A stretch of DNA of 64,000 bases from Ginglymostoma cirratum (Eukaryota): positions 23,346,682 to 23,410,681 of the forward strand of contig JAHRHZ010000042.1 in NCBI GenBank assembly GCA_024137785.1, read 5' to 3'. A program made the translations under genes and the position numbers. Shown here piece by piece: positions 63,941 through 64,000 of the stretch. Each line of letters starts with the position of its first letter. The first letter of the stretch is position 1. The notes beneath the pieces are model-generated. The model was not told the origin of the DNA. It ran no database searches and saw only the letters and a program-made list of their open reading frames with translations.

Positions 63941-64000
63941 AACTCTCTTCTGGAAAAGGCAATTGATGGTAGACTGATTGTTCATTTTAAATAGGAGATT

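Noticed and set aside
1-64000. PDZK1 or RNF115 exons (human CD160 neighbours)
   Set aside because: No PDZ or RING-H2 coding segment was recognised, so synteny cannot be judged from this window.
1-64000. CRISPR arrays, operons or other prokaryotic systems
   Set aside because: Vertebrate intron/repeat DNA; no regularly spaced repeat-spacer array was seen.

Overview
Eukaryotic, repeat-rich vertebrate DNA. The repeat complement (HE1-like and SacSINE1-like tRNA-derived SINEs, CR1 LINEs, Penelope-like elements) points to a cartilaginous fish, probably a shark; this is inference. About half the window is decayed retroelements, and there are two fixed-size 400-N gaps. Reading splice sites by eye gives two convergent spliced genes that the ORF track mostly misses. 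(1) A minus-strand 4-exon CDS (31171-31102, 29544-29248, 21435-21391, 20291-20236; 468 nt, 155 aa, all introns phase 1, GT-AG). It encodes a signal peptide, one Ig V-type domain and a GPI-type C-terminal signal, and its F-strand motif HSGRYTCCA closely recalls mammalian CD160 (HSGTYQCCA). It is a candidate shark CD160-like (or B7-like) immune receptor. (2) The 3' end of a plus-strand type I membrane protein (exons 1859-1942, 3610-3634, 7092-7117, 7234-7307) with a juxtamembrane CxC in its tail; the ectodomain lies outside the window. Also seen: a compact IRF/GC-box/NF-kB/STAT motif cluster at 53.2 kb, candidate alternative terminal exons, and many Penelope-derived foldback insertions with 12-16 bp target-site duplications and minimal hammerhead-ribozyme cores. 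All gene models are manual predictions with no transcript or database support, and repeat boundaries are approximate.
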